Assembly (NCBI RefSeq): GCF_000142905.1
Contig: NW_013657613.1
Coordinates: 8,871-49,601 of the forward strand
DNA from: Thecamonas trahens ATCC 50062
Taxonomy: Eukaryota; Protista; Apusomonadida
DNA length: 40,731 nt
Direction of reading: 5' to 3'
Numbering within the stretch: the stretch's first letter is position 1; every line of letters begins with the position of its first letter. Position numbers and translations under genes: made by a program. The notes beneath the pieces are model-generated. The model made no database searches and was not told where the DNA came from. It worked only from the letters and a program-made list of their open reading frames with translations. Of this stretch, positions 8,838 to 23,000 are shown in pieces.

Positions 8838-11800
8838 ATGTCCATCCCTTCTTCAACTCTAAAGCGCCTGGTTGCCCTCTCCCTTCTCTTGGCTGCCTAC
8901 TGCAGTGCACAAGTTCTCCCGCCAGTTTCCATGGAATTCTGCGTACGCTTGCCAGCCTGCCAGCCTGACCTGATTGACGCCGCCAAAAAAAAAACTAGAT
9001 GGTTTTTTTTCTGTGGGGGGAGGGGGGGGGGGGGGGGGGACGTAGCGCACAACTCACACTGCTTCAGTACACANNNNNNNNNNNNNNNNNNNNNNNNNNN
9101 NNNNNNNNNNNNNNNNNNNNNNNNNNNNNNNNNNNNNNNNNNNNNNNNNNNNNNNNNNNNNNNNNNNNNNNNNTCCCGGAACTATGCCTGCCTGCCAGCC
9201 TGACCTGATTGACGCCGCGACGCCGCCAAAAAAAAACTAGATGGTTTTTTTTCTTGGGGAGGGGGGGGGGGGGGGGGGGGACGGTAGCGCACAACTCACA
9301 CTCATCCGATACGTACTGCTGGTACGTGTGCACAGCCACATGACAACGAACTGAGCTCGCATCACTTTACCAAGCCTATCGACATCAACTCGGCCACGCT
9401 CTATACCTCGCGCATCACCCGTTTGGACCAGTTTGACATCGATGGCGACGCCGTTCCTGACTACTTCCTCTCATCGTTCTCGGGCGTCTCGTTCCTTCCC
9501 TCGACGCTCCTCAACTCATCGTACGCTCCAGCTCGCAACCCGTCGCATTCAGCCGCATCTATGGGCCCCGCCGCTTGCATGGCGGACGTCTACTCGGTTT
9601 CGCTCGCTCATTACGACTGTGAGTTCGACCGTGCGATGGTCGCCGACTTTAACGCCGACAACGTGCTTGACATCTTCGTCGACGCGTGTGACGGCAACCC
9701 CATCGCTGTTCTTCCGGGTTCGCTCACTCGCCTCTGGCCACGCCACGTTGCCACTATCCCAGTCACTGCACCGGCCTACGGGTCTCAGCAGCGTTTTTAC
9801 ATCGCCGACATCGACGCCGACGGCGACAACGATGTCGTCTGGTTCTCCACCTCAGACTCGACCGACTTCTCACTTGACCTCGTCTGGATCGAAAACACTG
9901 GGGCCGGTGCCCTCGCGCTGACCCGCAACGTCATCGAGCCCTACCACTCAAACAACGGTCGCTTTCAGTCGGTCGACGTCGCAGACGTCAACGCCGACGG
10001 CTTCCCGGACATTGTCTGGCAGACCTCCTCCGGTGATACTTTTCTCCGCCACGCCACCGCCCCAGGTGTCTTTGGCCCCCGCATCTCGCTCTTGCCCAAA
10101 ACCTCCGACTCGTACTTTCTCCAGTTCTTTGACTACGACGCCGACGGTCGCCTCGACGTTGTCCAGGAGGATCCCAAGGACAACAACATCATCGTCTACG
10201 TCAACGGTGCCACCTCCCCCACAGACGATTTTGTTGTCGCCGAGCGCGTCGAGATGGTCTCCGGCAGTGACGTCACCTGCCTCGAGGTCGCAGACTTTGA
10301 CAAGGATGGCGACCACGACCTCGTCTACGGCTCCTTTTCTGAGGACAAGCTCCGCTACGCCCACCACACCTCGGGCTCGTCCTTCACCTACTCAGACATC
10401 TTTAGTCTCAACAACCCGAGCAGGATCGCCCTCGGTGACATCAACGGCGACACCTATCTCGATGTCTGCTCCTACGGTGCTCACGACCTCAAGTGTGCAG
10501 TGTACGAGTCGAGCGTCTCGGCGTTTGGCGTCACTGTCTGGACCACGCCCGCTCCCGACGCCTCCGACATTGTCCTTGCCGACATGAACGCCGACGGCTT
10601 AGCCGACCTCCTCGTCCTCCCGTCCACCACAGCTGGCTCCTTCCGCGCTGGTGCCACTCTCTACTACTACCGCAACTCGGGTCTTCTCACCACCCCGTTC
10701 TCCACGTCTGCCCGGGTCGGAGTCATCGCCGATACTTTGGCCGGCGTGGCCGTCGTACGCTCGGTGACCTCGATGGCGATGGGCTGCTCGACTTTATCGT
10801 CCCGCACTCCTCCCTCGAATTCAACGCCCTTCACGTCTACCTTACCGCTGGGCCAGGCTCGGCTTCCGGAGGCACCGGCCTCATCGACTTCTCCGCTCCG
10901 GTCTTCCCAGTTGGCCCACCACCGCCCGGCTACCCCACCGACCCACAGCTCATCGACGTCGACTCGGACGGCGACACCGACGTCACCATGGTCTACTTCA
11001 ACGGCAAGTCCATCACCCTCACCCTCCTCGCCAATACCCATGTCGAGAGCGGCGCAGCGCCCGGTGACACGCCGGCTTTTGTCTTGTACTCGATCCCGGT
11101 CACCCCACCGCCAGGAAACTCCTGGCCCAACGAGGTTGTTGCTCTCGACGATGGCCGATTCCTCATTTTGTTCTCTTCGAATTACGATGACGTCTACCTC
11201 ATCACCAACGTTTCCTGGTTCGAGGCCAACACCACCGCCTCGCTCACCCTCGTCGCTTCCGGTACTTTCTGGAACGGCTTCCACATCACCGACATCAACA
11301 ACGATGGTTTCCTGGACTTTGTCTATGAGAACCTTTTAGCCAACGACGCCATCCTCGCCATCCTCGACATCCGCGGCGTCGGCCTCGAGAACCTCTACGC
11401 CGACGGCGGAGAGCGTATTGTCGTCGCAGACGGCGTGCCCCTTTTATACCGCAGTTCCTTTATTCACCTCAATCCCTCCGAGGACGACTACATCGACTAC
11501 ATCGAAGCAAGATATGTCGTCCAGCTCAGCATGGGCCTCCCGCGCCCTCCGTCTTCGTCTGCGCTCTTTCCTTAGCCCATAATCGAGACATCGCCTCCAC
11601 TGGCAGTAATTCTGTAGTTCTTGTTGACGCCACAGGCGATGGCTTTGTCGACATTCTCGCCCCATCCTCGTTCGAAGGCATCCGCGTCTTCCCTTACCTC
11701 GCCGCAGGTGCCGTCAAGGACACCATCGTTACCGCCGTTGACAGTACGGCGGGCATCACCGCCTCTACCGTGGCTGATCTCAACGGCGACGGCTGGCCCG

Positions 11801-14800
11801 AGCTCATCGCCTTTGACCCGTCTGGCACCTTTACTATCGCCGACAATGCCCCGAGATTTGACAACGTCATCAGCCAGTCTGCCTCCATGTACGCGGGCGA
11901 CATCATCTGGCTCGAGGCTGCGGACATTGACCGCGATGCCCGCCCAGACCTCGTTGCTCTCGTTGACGACGACAGGCTGGTGTGGTACCGCAACACAGGC
12001 GCCGAGCCTTACTTTGTATCAAGTGCCCCCTTCGGATACAACAGGTACGTCGTCATCGACTCGGGCACCATTCGCAACGCCAAAGACTTTGTCATCGTCA
12101 ACCTCAACAACGACGCCTGGCTCGACATTGTCATCTCCTCTGTCAACAATAACGCCATCTACGTCCTCATGGGCCACGACATCGCTCAAGACGTCAAGGC
12201 CTTCTACCCTCCACACCTCTCGGTAGACCTTGGTTCGCCCTGTTCCTCGGAGCGCTTTGTTCGCGCCGTTGACGTCACCGCAGACGGCCTCCTCGACCTC
12301 TTCGTCGTCTGCTCCGCCGCCGACCACATCATCTATGCGCCCTCGCTCGGTGCAGCCGCCGATGCCAACGGCACCCTCACCTGGGAGACCGCTGCTCCGA
12401 TCACCATCATGCTCTCGAGCTCGGACAACGTCGCCGGCTTTCAACTCGGTGACATCAACAACGACGGCCTCGTCGACATTGTCCTCTCCTTCTCCTCCTT
12501 GTCAAGCCCCTACCGCTATCTCATCAACATTGGCTCGTCTGCTGCTCCGGCTTTCTCGTCCCTGCACGACATCCCTATGGAAGTCGACTGGGACAATATC
12601 GTTCCAGGCCCCTCAAATCCCAACCCGCTTGGCACGGGCGATGTCTTTGCCCTCGTCGATCTCGATTGGGACGGCTATCTCGACGTTGTCGGTAGCTCTT
12701 CTTCAGCGTACGCTATCATCCTCCTCAACGCCGGGTCTGGCCCCTCGCCCGCAGCCTTTGACGACGCCAACCCTGGTCTTGGCATTCCACGCCTCGCCTC
12801 CGCCATCAAGTGGTACCAGAAGGGCAAAACCTTTACCCGCGCCCGGTTTGAAACCATTGATGTCTTGGATGCTGACGGCGATGGCTACCCAGACTGGTTT
12901 TCCTCCTCCTCGCACACCGATGTAGAGCGCGCAGTCGTCTCCGGCATCAACTCGAACTGGCGCCTCCCGCGCGGCCCGCGCAACTTTACAGTTCCCATCG
13001 ACCGCTGCGGCTACACGCTTGCCTGCATCGCCTCGGTCATTTCCACACAGATTGCGCGCTGTGGCGACTCAGTTGTCCTCCCGCCCGGAACCTACACTGG
13101 CTGCTGGTCCTCCCGCCGCTTTGTCGTCGGCAAGTCGGTCCGCATCGTCGGCGGAGGTGCCTCTCGCGACGACGTCATTATCGACTGCTCCTCCGTCGCC
13201 GCAACTCCTTTCGAGGACGGCAGCATCCTCTTTGCTGTCGAGGAGGAGCGCGTCGAGCTCGTCCTCGACTCGCTCACCATCATCGGTGGTACCAGCCCCG
13301 AGACTTCTTTTGGCGGTGGCCTCCTCACCGTCTCGCACGGCTCGCTTGTCCTCTCCTCGGTCGTCATCCGCAACGCCACCTCAGTCACCGCCGACCAGCT
13401 CTCAGTCGCCGCGCCGTTGTTGGCTTTGGTGGTGCCATCCTCGTCGGCGACCGCGGCTCGCTGAAGGTCATCGACTCGCTCCTTGACGCCAACACCGCCC
13501 AACACTCGGGCGGCGCTATCGCTGCCGTCGGCAACAGCATGTCCATCACACTCGAGCGTTCCGTCTGCTCTCGCAACATCGCGGAAGTCTCTGGCGGCTG
13601 CATCTTCCTCGAGTCCGCCTCAGGCTTTTCCTACCTCACCATCATCGACTCGCACCTTAGCGAGAACACCGCTGTCGGCACCTCGCCGGCCATCGCGGCC
13701 TCCCGCCGCGGCGGCGCCGTCGCCGTCATTGCCCTCGCCGACATCGTCGCGGTCAACCTCCTCGGCTCGGCTTGCTCTCTCGCGGACAACATTGCTCGCG
13801 AGAACGCAGGCGCCCTCTTCCTGCGCACCTCTACCTTGGCCAGTGCCAAGCTCACCCTCAACTCGTGCTCGTTGACCAACAACATCGCCCAGGGCGGCGA
13901 TGGTGGCGGCGTCCACGCCCTCGCCCTCGACGCCTCTGAGCTCAACATCTACATCGGCGCCGGCACTCTCTTCTCTGGCAACTCGGCCGTTGGCTCCGGT
14001 GGCGCTCTCGCTCTCGAAAGCGACTCGGCTGCCGCAAACGCCGCCATCAACACCACAGCTCCCGGCGCTGCCTTTCGCTCCAATGTCGCAGACCTCCACG
14101 GCGGCGCACTGGTCGCCTCAGGCAAGGCCGTCAGCACCTACCTCGTTGATGTTCTCTTTGAGCGCAACCTCGGCCGCCGCATCGGCGGTGCTATCATGGC
14201 TGTCGGCCACGCAACTGTTCGCCTCGTTGGCGGCACTCTCTCCAGAAACTCGGCTGCCTTTGGCGGCGCCTTTGGCATCACCTCGGCGCCCGACTACCTC
14301 CGCGCCTCGCTCACTCGCAACGGCTTCCCCGTCGAAGCCTCCAGCGCCTCGCTCGAGCCGCTGCTTGCCGACTCCGACGACACCGCGCCATGCGCCGCTC
14401 GCGGCGCTCTCCTGACCGACTCCGTCCATCTCGACAGCAACATCGCTGTCTATGGCAGCATCGGCTTTGCCTGTGGTGCCCGCCTTGCTACGCTCGGTGA
14501 TGGTGCCTTTGCTTGGGACTCGAGCGCGCGCGTCGGCGGCATCGCGCCGTCCTCTGGCCTCTTCTTTGCCTGCATGCCGCAGCCTGGCTTTTGCAGCCGC
14601 GTCGGTGACCCATGCTGCCTCGCGGATAGCCGCACCGAGTTCCTCAGGGGGCCGTGGATGGCAGCCTCGGACGCCATGGTCGCCGCCTACAATGCTTCTT
14701 TCTCCGACATCGCCGCCTCAGTCGGCTACGGGCCAGTCATGGCCATGCCGCTCGTCGAGCTCGAGTGGACCGCGGCGCTGCCGACCGAGGTCTCTTCAGG

Positions 14801-17048
14801 GGCCCCTTCGGCACAGGCACCTCGCAGTCGAGTGGCCGCGATGGTCTCGGGCAGACCATCGTCGATCCGCAGCTGGCCATCAGTCTCGCCTTTGCCGACG
14901 ACGCCACAGACGCAAACTTTGCCTTTGTCGGCGCTGGTCGTCTGCAGCTCATGTCTGAGCCTGCTGGTGTTTCGTTTGCCGGTGTGGGCATCGCTGCGCG
15001 CGCTGGCGTTGACGTCGGCGTCGACATCAACCTCGTCGCCTCTGTCGCCCAGTCGGCCGTCGACGTCTCCGTTGCGCCCAGCGCCGTCATCACTGCCCGC
15101 GTTCGCGTCCAGGCCTGTCTTCCAGGCTCGGGCGCGCTCGTCAGGGACGGCTCGAGCGTCCTCGAGTGCGCGCTTTGTGACGAGGGTCTCTTCTCCGACA
15201 CCACCTCGCTCGACCCGTGCGCCGCCTGCCCGCCGTCATCGGTTCTCGCCGGCCGCGGCGCGATCGACTGCTACACCTGCCCGGTCAATGCCCAGCTCGT
15301 CCCGGGTTTCGTCCCTGTCCCCGGCCGCGGCCTCAACTGCACCTGCATCCCAGGCACATGGACCGATTCCGGCGTCATCAACCGCCCCTGCACCCCTGCC
15401 CTGAGGGTGCCCGCTGCGCTGGCGGCATCGCCCTCCCCGTCGCCATCCCTGGCTACTTTCCCACTGCCGATCCAGGCATCTTCCTCGAGTGCCCCAACCC
15501 GACCGCGTGCTCGGGTGGCTATCCGTTTGTGTGTGCCCAGGGCTACACCGGGCGGTTGTGCGGCGCCTGCGCCCGCGGCTACTACGCCCTCTCGGGTGCG
15601 TGCTACAAGTGCGACGACCGGACCATCCCGCTTCTCATCGCAGCTTTTGTCGCCGCTGTTGCCCTCGTCGCCTTTCTCGTCTGGCTCAACTCCCGCGAGG
15701 AGCTCACCTACCGCTTTGCCGCCATCATGATTGGCTTCAACTCGCTTCAAATCTCCGCCATGTACGGACAGATCGACCTCGAGTGGCCGCCCTTTGCCGC
15801 CTCTTTCTTCAACGTCGTCTCGCTCGTCAACCTCAACTTTGACCTCAGCTCGCCCGAGTGTGCCACCGTCACCGACCACGTCTGGCTCCTCAAGTGGTGG
15901 CTGACCGTCACGCTTCCACTCCTCTTCTGCATCCTTTTGCCGTCGTCATCGCCGGCGTCCAGGTCTGGCGCGCCATCGCCCATCGCTCCGCCCTCCGTCC
16001 ACCTGCCCTTACGCTCACCGCTCTCCTCGACGCTTCTCGTCGCGCCTACCTCCAGCTCATGGTCCTCCTCTACCTCCCACTCGCCGCAAAGGCCATGAGC
16101 TACTTTCAGTGCCGCCGCGATCGTGACGGCCGCTGGGTCCTCGAGGCCGCCCCGGCAAAGAGCTGCTACGGCACCTGGTACTGGAACTACTTTGCCTTTG
16201 CCCTCATCTTTGCTGGCGCCTACGCCGGAGGCATCCCCGCCCTCGTCTACTGGCTCCTCACCCGTGTCCGCGCCAAGAGCGACAGCATCCTTTTCAGCCT
16301 CCGCTACGCCTTTCTCGTCGGCCGCTTCCTCCCGCGCGCCTATCGCTACGAGGTCTGGATCATGGCCCGCAAGGCGAGCGTCGTCCTCGCTATGACCGTC
16401 TTCCGCTCGCCGAGAGTCAAGGCCAACGTCGCCCTCTTTGCCCTCATGAGTTGGTTCTGCCACCTCCTCGACCGCAAGCCCTACGCCTCGCCCTTCCACA
16501 ACATCCTTGCGCTCTTCTGTCTCGCTACCTGCGCCGCAATCCTCTGGTCCATCACCTTTGACGCTGGCGCCTCGCGGACCCTCGTCGCCATCACCGCCAT
16601 TGTCATCAACGTCGTCGCTATCGTCGCCGGTGTCGTCGTCGATGCCATCCTCATCTATCGCCGCCACGCCGCTGCAGACAAGGACCTTGCCGACGGCGAG
16701 GACGCCACGTATGCCGACTTTGGCTATGCCGCCGACGGTGCTATCCTCTCCGCCGTGCCCGATGCCGTCGTCAACGCCAACGACTCGAACCACCAAGTTG
16801 CCTCGGTCACTAACCCGGTCTTCACCAACGGAGACCGTATTCATGTGGCGAGCTCGTGGACAGACGTCGACGACACCACTGACGCCCTTGCCCTCCACTC
16901 GCTCCAGTCGGTCGACTCGATGGCCTCGCTTCCCGCCGTCGCCATTCCGGCTCCCCCAATGCCGTCGTCGCCCGTCGCCTCCCTGACCCCGGCCGCAGCA
17001 TCCGCCCGCACATGCTCTTCCTCCTCCTCATCCTCCTCCCCCTCTTAG
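8838..17048 (+). CDS. Giant surface protein: signal peptide, many FG-GAP (DxDxDG) repeats, GGA(I/L/V)/FxxN beta-helix-like repeats, Cys-rich stalk, multi-pass TM C-terminus
   Basis: Exon 1 (8838-8942) encodes MSIPSSTLKRLVALSLLLAAYCSAQ..., followed by a phase-0 intron 8943-9335. The protein then runs through ORFs 9423, 10493, 11770, 13539, 14654, 15217 and 15858, joined by six one-base frameshifts. Motifs include DIDADGDND, DVNADGFPD, DLNGDGWPE, GGAI/GGAL/GGAV, CPEGARCAGG, CAQGYTGRLCGACARGYY, and TM helices ending before TAG 17046-17048. Confidence 0.85.
8943..9335 (+). other. Spliceosomal intron (contains a 100-N gap and a probably artefactual duplication)
   Basis: GTACGC donor directly after codon TGC (8940-8942) and TGCACAG acceptor ending at 9335. 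Joining them links the signal peptide in frame to the FG-GAP ORF. Confidence 0.75.
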
Positions 17049-17074
17049 AGCTCTTTGTCGTAACACCTTCTCCT

Positions 17075-20000
17075 TTATCCCGATCCGCTTGTCTCATCCT
17101 CGCTCCCTGGCGCCGAGTTGGGCCGCTCGAGCAGCTCAACGGCCCACGGCGAGTCGTGGCAAAGCACGCTCTGGGCCACGCTGTCGCTGGCTACCGTCGC
17201 GGCATCGAGCTTGTTGAGCGCGCTGCGGAGGTGCGGCGAGAGATCGGGTGCATGCTTGCGGACAACCTTGAAGAGGAGCTCATCGCGGCCAAAGCCCATG
17301 CCCTGGCTTCCGCTCACCACACGGGCCCGGTTGCGGAGATGCTGGGCCTCGAAGAGGCAGCCGATGATGAGGGTGGCGAGGGCAAAGCCGATGACGACGA
17401 CAACGGCCACAACAAAGATGACATACACAGTCTGGTTGGGAAACTCGTCGACCCAGAACAGCAGTCCGGCGACAAGCAAGGCAATGATGCACAGGTCGAG
17501 CTTGAGCTCAATGTCGTTGAGCGGCTGGTAGAGGTACGGCGCGTGCTTGCTCACCATCAGCATCGAGGTGACAAAGACGGCGAGCAAGCCCGTGAAAAGG
17601 ATCATGTGCACGTTGGAGGCAAAGACCGAGAAGATGACAATGGTCAGCCGCTTGATCATAAACACCACGCCGGCAAAGTAGTAGTGCTTGCGGAAGACCG
17701 AGTACAAGGCGCCGTAGCGGAGCACAATGTGCGCCCTGCCGAGCTCGGCCCGCCACTTGTACAGCACAGCGGCAAAGACCATCGGCATAGCGATGACATA
17801 CAGAACAAGGCCGATAAGAGCGAGCGGAAGTCCCAGAGCCCATCGCCCCGTAAAGCACTCCTCAGACGGCTCAGAGTCGAGGTACCACTTGCCGTCGGGG
17901 TACTGCGTGCAGTCAAAGTAGTCGAGCGTCGACCGCGAGAGCGGGATGTACACCAGCGGGCCAAACGAGAAGAGCGCCCAGCGAATGATGTCGACAATGC
18001 TCATGCGCTGGCGATCGATGGCGGCAAAGCAGCCGCACGAGAGCCAGGTCGTGTACTTGACCACCGTGACAAAGCCGACGAAAACAGGCCAAACAGGCCA
18101 GGCAGCACCATGCTCATGGCGTAGCGGACGGCAAAAGCTGGGACAGAGCAATCGACGGCAAAGACAGAGATGTCGACGTTTGCCACGTTGGCTGCCTCGA
18201 GTATCTGCTGTACCGGCGGCTGCGGCCAGTTGAACGGCGCCTTTGCCAGCATGCCCAAGATCTGGAAGAAGATGACCGCCAGCGAGAGCGTGTGCGGCAC
18301 CCGTGAGCTCTGCACAGACTCACTCTCCTCGCGCTTCTGGAACTCCTTCACCGCCATCACCGCCAGCACGCACGCCACCACCGCCGCCAGTACCACGCCT
18401 ACCGCCATCACTCCCAAAAGCGAAGCCGCGGCCTGCGGACACGAGAGGCACCCGCCATCAGGCTGCCGATACGCCCCGGACGCGCAGTCCTTGCACAGCA
18501 GCGAGCCTGTGGCGTACTGTGGCGCGCACTGCGACCGTCCGATGCAAGCCTCCTTGATCAAACACTCGGCAAACTCGCCTTCCCGCACCCGATAGTACCC
18601 TTTGCGCGCGTATGGCGCTGCCGATGGCCCGCTACCGCCCGCGCAGCTCGCTCCTGTCGGGCACGCCTCGCACGCCAAGTCCGCCGCCGACTCGGCGTTC
18701 CAGAACCCAGCTGCGCACACGCACGGCGGTACGGCGCCCGCTGTGGCGTTGCCCCTTGCCAGCCGGATGGTGTTGGCTGGGCAGTCGACACAGACCCCGT
18801 CGATCGGCCAGCCCGTCCCGGTGCACGACGGCACGATGGTGCACGGCTCGACCGAGATCTCGGTCGACTCGGTCGCGCCCGTGCACGGCACGCACACCAG
18901 CGCCTCGGATCGCACCGCGCTCGTCGCTCCAAACCCGACCGGGCACCCATTCACCACCACAGGCACCAACACCGCCTCGCCGTTCGGCAGCTCGGCAACC
19001 ACATCGTGGGCCTTGTCCAGCTCGGCAGGCCAGAACCCGCCGCTGATCTCCACCCCGATCCGCTTGAGCGAGTACCCGCCGCTAGATCCGTCCCACTCGG
19101 CTTGGTCCGGCGAGACCTCTGCCATGCTGCTTGCGCTCCGCAAGCTGATCGTCACCAAGTCGTCGGTCACCGTCTGCCCAAACACATCGCTCGCCACAAG
19201 AACGCCACCGGAGGCGCCCAGCGCGATCCCGGACGCCTGACGGAGGACAGATCCGGAGCCTGACCACGTCATTGACACCGCGGCTGACGCCCGCGCCGGG
19301 CCGTATGCCTGCCTGTTGCTCGTCATCGCATCAGCCACGCTCCCGCCCACTATCACCGCCGCCAAGCCCAGCGGCGGACACTGGAACCACACTCCGCCGG
19401 CCTGCTCGTAGGAGATGGTCGTCGCCGCCAGATCGGACGCCGACAGATCGACCACCGCGCCGCAAGAGAGTGCCACTCCGCCATATCGCGCGCCCGACGA
19501 GACAATGACCGTGTCCGGGAGCGCCAACCGCGACGACGACGAGAGGATGCTGATGGAGGAGCTGGGCGGGACGGCCGAGCCGGCGCCGATGGCCAGAACG
19601 CTTGTCACCGCTGCAGCCACACTCCCGCCCATCCGCGCGTACGACGCCTCGAGCCTACAGCGCGCAAGCGTCGTCGTCGTTCCCGAGCCATCGTACTCGA
19701 CAAGGACAGCGCCGCCGTAGCCGTGCGCTGCCGAGTTGCCCACAAACACCGAGTCGGCCATCGTCACGCTGATGACCATGGCCCGGAGCGCCACCGCTCC
19801 GCCGCCGTTGCCCTCTCCATTCGCCACGTTGTTGTAGAAAGCGCATCGGGTGCAGGAGAAGCTTGATGCCGCCGCCACGCCCAGGGCGCCGCCGCCAGCC
19901 ACCGCCGTCTTGGGCCCATCAAGCACCGAGTTGCTCTCAAACACCGCGTCGACCAGATCGGCCGCGCCGGTAGCCTGAACAGCCACGGCGCCGCCAAACT

Positions 20001-23000
20001 GGCTCGCCGCGCAGTGGGTGAAGCTCACGTTGCGCGCGATGAGGCTCCCGCGGATCCGTAGCGCTCCCCCGAGCACCGCCGCCGACGATCGGACCTCGGT
20101 CCCGGCCCGCGCCACAAACCCGGTCATGCTCACATTGGTCATGATCAGCGTCGCCGACGGCTCGACCACCATCGCAGCGCCAGCTTCGCTATGGCGAAGC
20201 ACAGGCGCATCGCTCGCGCGCGAGGTCATCACCACATGATCTAGCGTCACCGTCGCCGATGAGCTCACACTGTACAGCACGCCGCCGTAGCCGCCACAGT
20301 CGATGGTGCCCGGCCCGATGACCACGTCGCGCCGCAGCGTATGGTACCCAGCCTCGCCACTCGCCCGCACACATCGCGATCCACTTTGGGGCACATCGTC
20401 AAGCTCCAAGTGGTAGCCGGCCGGTGCCCGCGCTGCCCGCGCCGAGAGGCACACAATCGAGCCGGCCACGCCGCCGCACTCGGGCAGTGTTCTCGGGAAG
20501 CTTCGGGCGCGAAACCCGAGGCTGCGGCTTCCGCGATGGACGCGACCACCACTGGCGGTCATGGCCACGACGTCGTCGATGCCATCAGAGTTGATGTCGG
20601 CCACCACACCGTTCGCCGAGCTGTGGAAGGTCCGATAGTCGGGGCGATGCGGCGCAAGGGCTCCCAGCCACACGTTGTCGGTGCTCCTCGTGGCCACCAC
20701 GTGGCCAAATCCAACCGCCATCGGCACGATGGCCACCCGGTGGATGGGCCCAGCAAGATCGGTGCCAAGCACAAGCATGTTGCTCCCGTTGCCATCAACA
20801 AGCGCCAGGATCGTTCCGTTGGCCATGGCCACTACCACGTCGCTGATGGTGTTGCTATTGAGCTCACCCACACAGATCGTGGTGGGATCCGAGCCCAGCG
20901 CCACTTCGCCGTGGCTGGCGTACACAGCGCTCGGACTCGTTGCGCTCTCGTTGATCGTTGCCAGGTACACACTTTGGCTCCCGCTGCTGAGCCAGACCAG
21001 ATCAGACGCACTCCCGCTACCACTCAGATCGGCGGTAGTGAGCATAGTCACGCCCGGCACGCCAACGGCTAGCAGCACGCCAGGCCCGGCAAGCGGCGAC
21101 GAGGCGCTCGAGTCAATGCCGGCGTTGAGGAGGATGGCAAGGCCGGCCGACCCGCCGACAACAACGTCGACGTCGCCATCACCATTGGCATCGACCGTAA
21201 CTAGGCTCGTCGGCGTGCCGACAGCAGCAGTAGTCGAGACGGTGACGAGATCGGCGGGCAGAGGCGTAGTGCTGACGCTCACAAACAGCGAGACGGCAAG
21301 CAAGCCATCGGCCGAGATGGCGATCACGTCCAGCATGCCGTCCGAGTTGATGTCCGCGAGCGCAACGTCCGCCAATGCCGCCATGGACGGCGGAGGCGTC
21401 CGCACCCGCGGTGACAGGAAGCCACTGCTGCCATCGCCGTAGAGCGCAATTGTCGTGGCGTTGCTCTTGCAGACAACCAGCAGATCGATGGCCGTGTCGT
21501 GGTTGAGATCCGAAGCCACAACGTCCGGCACCTCGCCCGACGCGCACCACGTGCTCGAGTCGGACGCCAATGAGATGGCCGACAATGCGTCGTCCAACAA
21601 GGCGATCGGCCCGGTGTACCACAGCGCCATGTCGCCGGACGCCAGCGCGCCGCCAGCCATGCTCGCCCCAGAGATAAGCTGCCGCGGTGAGCTGGGCTCA
21701 AAGACGCCGGCGCCAATGCAGGCAGCGCCTGAGACCGAGTCGATGCCGTAGCTGGCGCCGCGAGCAAAGGTCATATTGCCGCGCTGGAGGGAGACGATGA
21801 CGGCCGAAGTGACGTGGTTAAAGCCCAAGACAACGTCAACGAAGCCATCGTAGTCAACGTCGGTAAAGACAAGGTGCGAGGCCGTGCCCGCGATGCTCGG
21901 GTTGATGGTAGAGATGTAGCTGACGCTCACGTCGCCGTTGATCTGCCACACATCCCATGCTTGGGTCTTGGAGGTGAGGATCTCCGGCAGGCCGTCACCG
22001 TTGAGATCGGCGAGGTAGATCCGGCGAGTGTTGGTGGTGAGGACGACGGGCGAGCCGGTGTCAAAGGCCACTGCAGGCCAGGTTGTCCGCACCGCCGCGT
22101 ACAACCGCTCCCATCCGCCGACCTCTCGGATGTAGAGCAAGTCAGCGAGGCCGTCGCTGTTGACATCGGCCATGATCGGCGTATCCTTGACCTCGCCAGC
22201 CAGGCCAAGCGAGATGTCCGACGCGCCGAAAAGCGTTGTGCTGGTTGGCGGGCTAGGCGCAAAGCTGATCCACCCGAGGCTAGTGCCGGAGACATACAGC
22301 GCGTCAGCGAGCCCGTCGCCGTCGAGATCCGGGACGAGGACGAGGGTCGTTGTGGATACAGCGATAGCGCTTGTGTACGGCGCCGCTGCGTAGCTCGGCT
22401 TGCCAGCTGCCATCGTGCCCAGGTAGACGTCGACTCGGGAGCTGGCCTCGTTGTACACAAAGATGTCTGGGACGCCGTTGCCAGACACGTCTTTGGCGGC
22501 GACAGCAGCGAGCCGGACGCCATCCGAGACAAAGATCGGCGCCGATGTGGTGCCGTTGTCGTGGCTGAGGACAAAGAAGAGCGAGTTCTGCCCTGGAACG
22601 CTCATTTCTGTTGCTTGCGAGGCCACAATGTCGCTCAGCCCGTCGCCGTTCAGATCAACCACGGTGCACGAGCGGATGTTGTCGGGCGTGGTCGCGGCGA
22701 CCATTGTCCTGGCGAGGACTGGCGGGGTGAGGTCCGGCACCGGGATGCGCGGCTGGTACGGGCTGATCGGCGAGTAGATGGGCCGGCTTGAGTACGGCGA
22801 CATTGGCGGCGGCGATGCCATACCCGCGGCCATCTGCAGTGGATTGACAAAGTCGTCGGCGGCCCCAAAGTTGTAGTACCGCACCAGGTTGGGCGCCGTG
22901 GGGGAGACCGGGCCGGCCATGACGCGGGCAATGTCGCCGGCATTCATGGCGTACGACCAGAAGCGGAGCTCGGCCATGAAGCCCGCACTCGCCTGATTGG

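Noticed and set aside
8950-9302. ~110-nt direct repeat with A9/T9 hairpin and poly-G, resembling a small mobile element
   Set aside because: The two copies flank a 100-N gap and differ mainly in homopolymers and at contig ends, typical of an unmerged contig overlap.
8838-17048. Calling the + strand receptor a pseudogene or a cluster of 7 small genes
   Set aside because: Domains continue seamlessly across single-base frameshifts, mostly in homopolymers, with no in-frame stops; sequencing error is more parsimonious.
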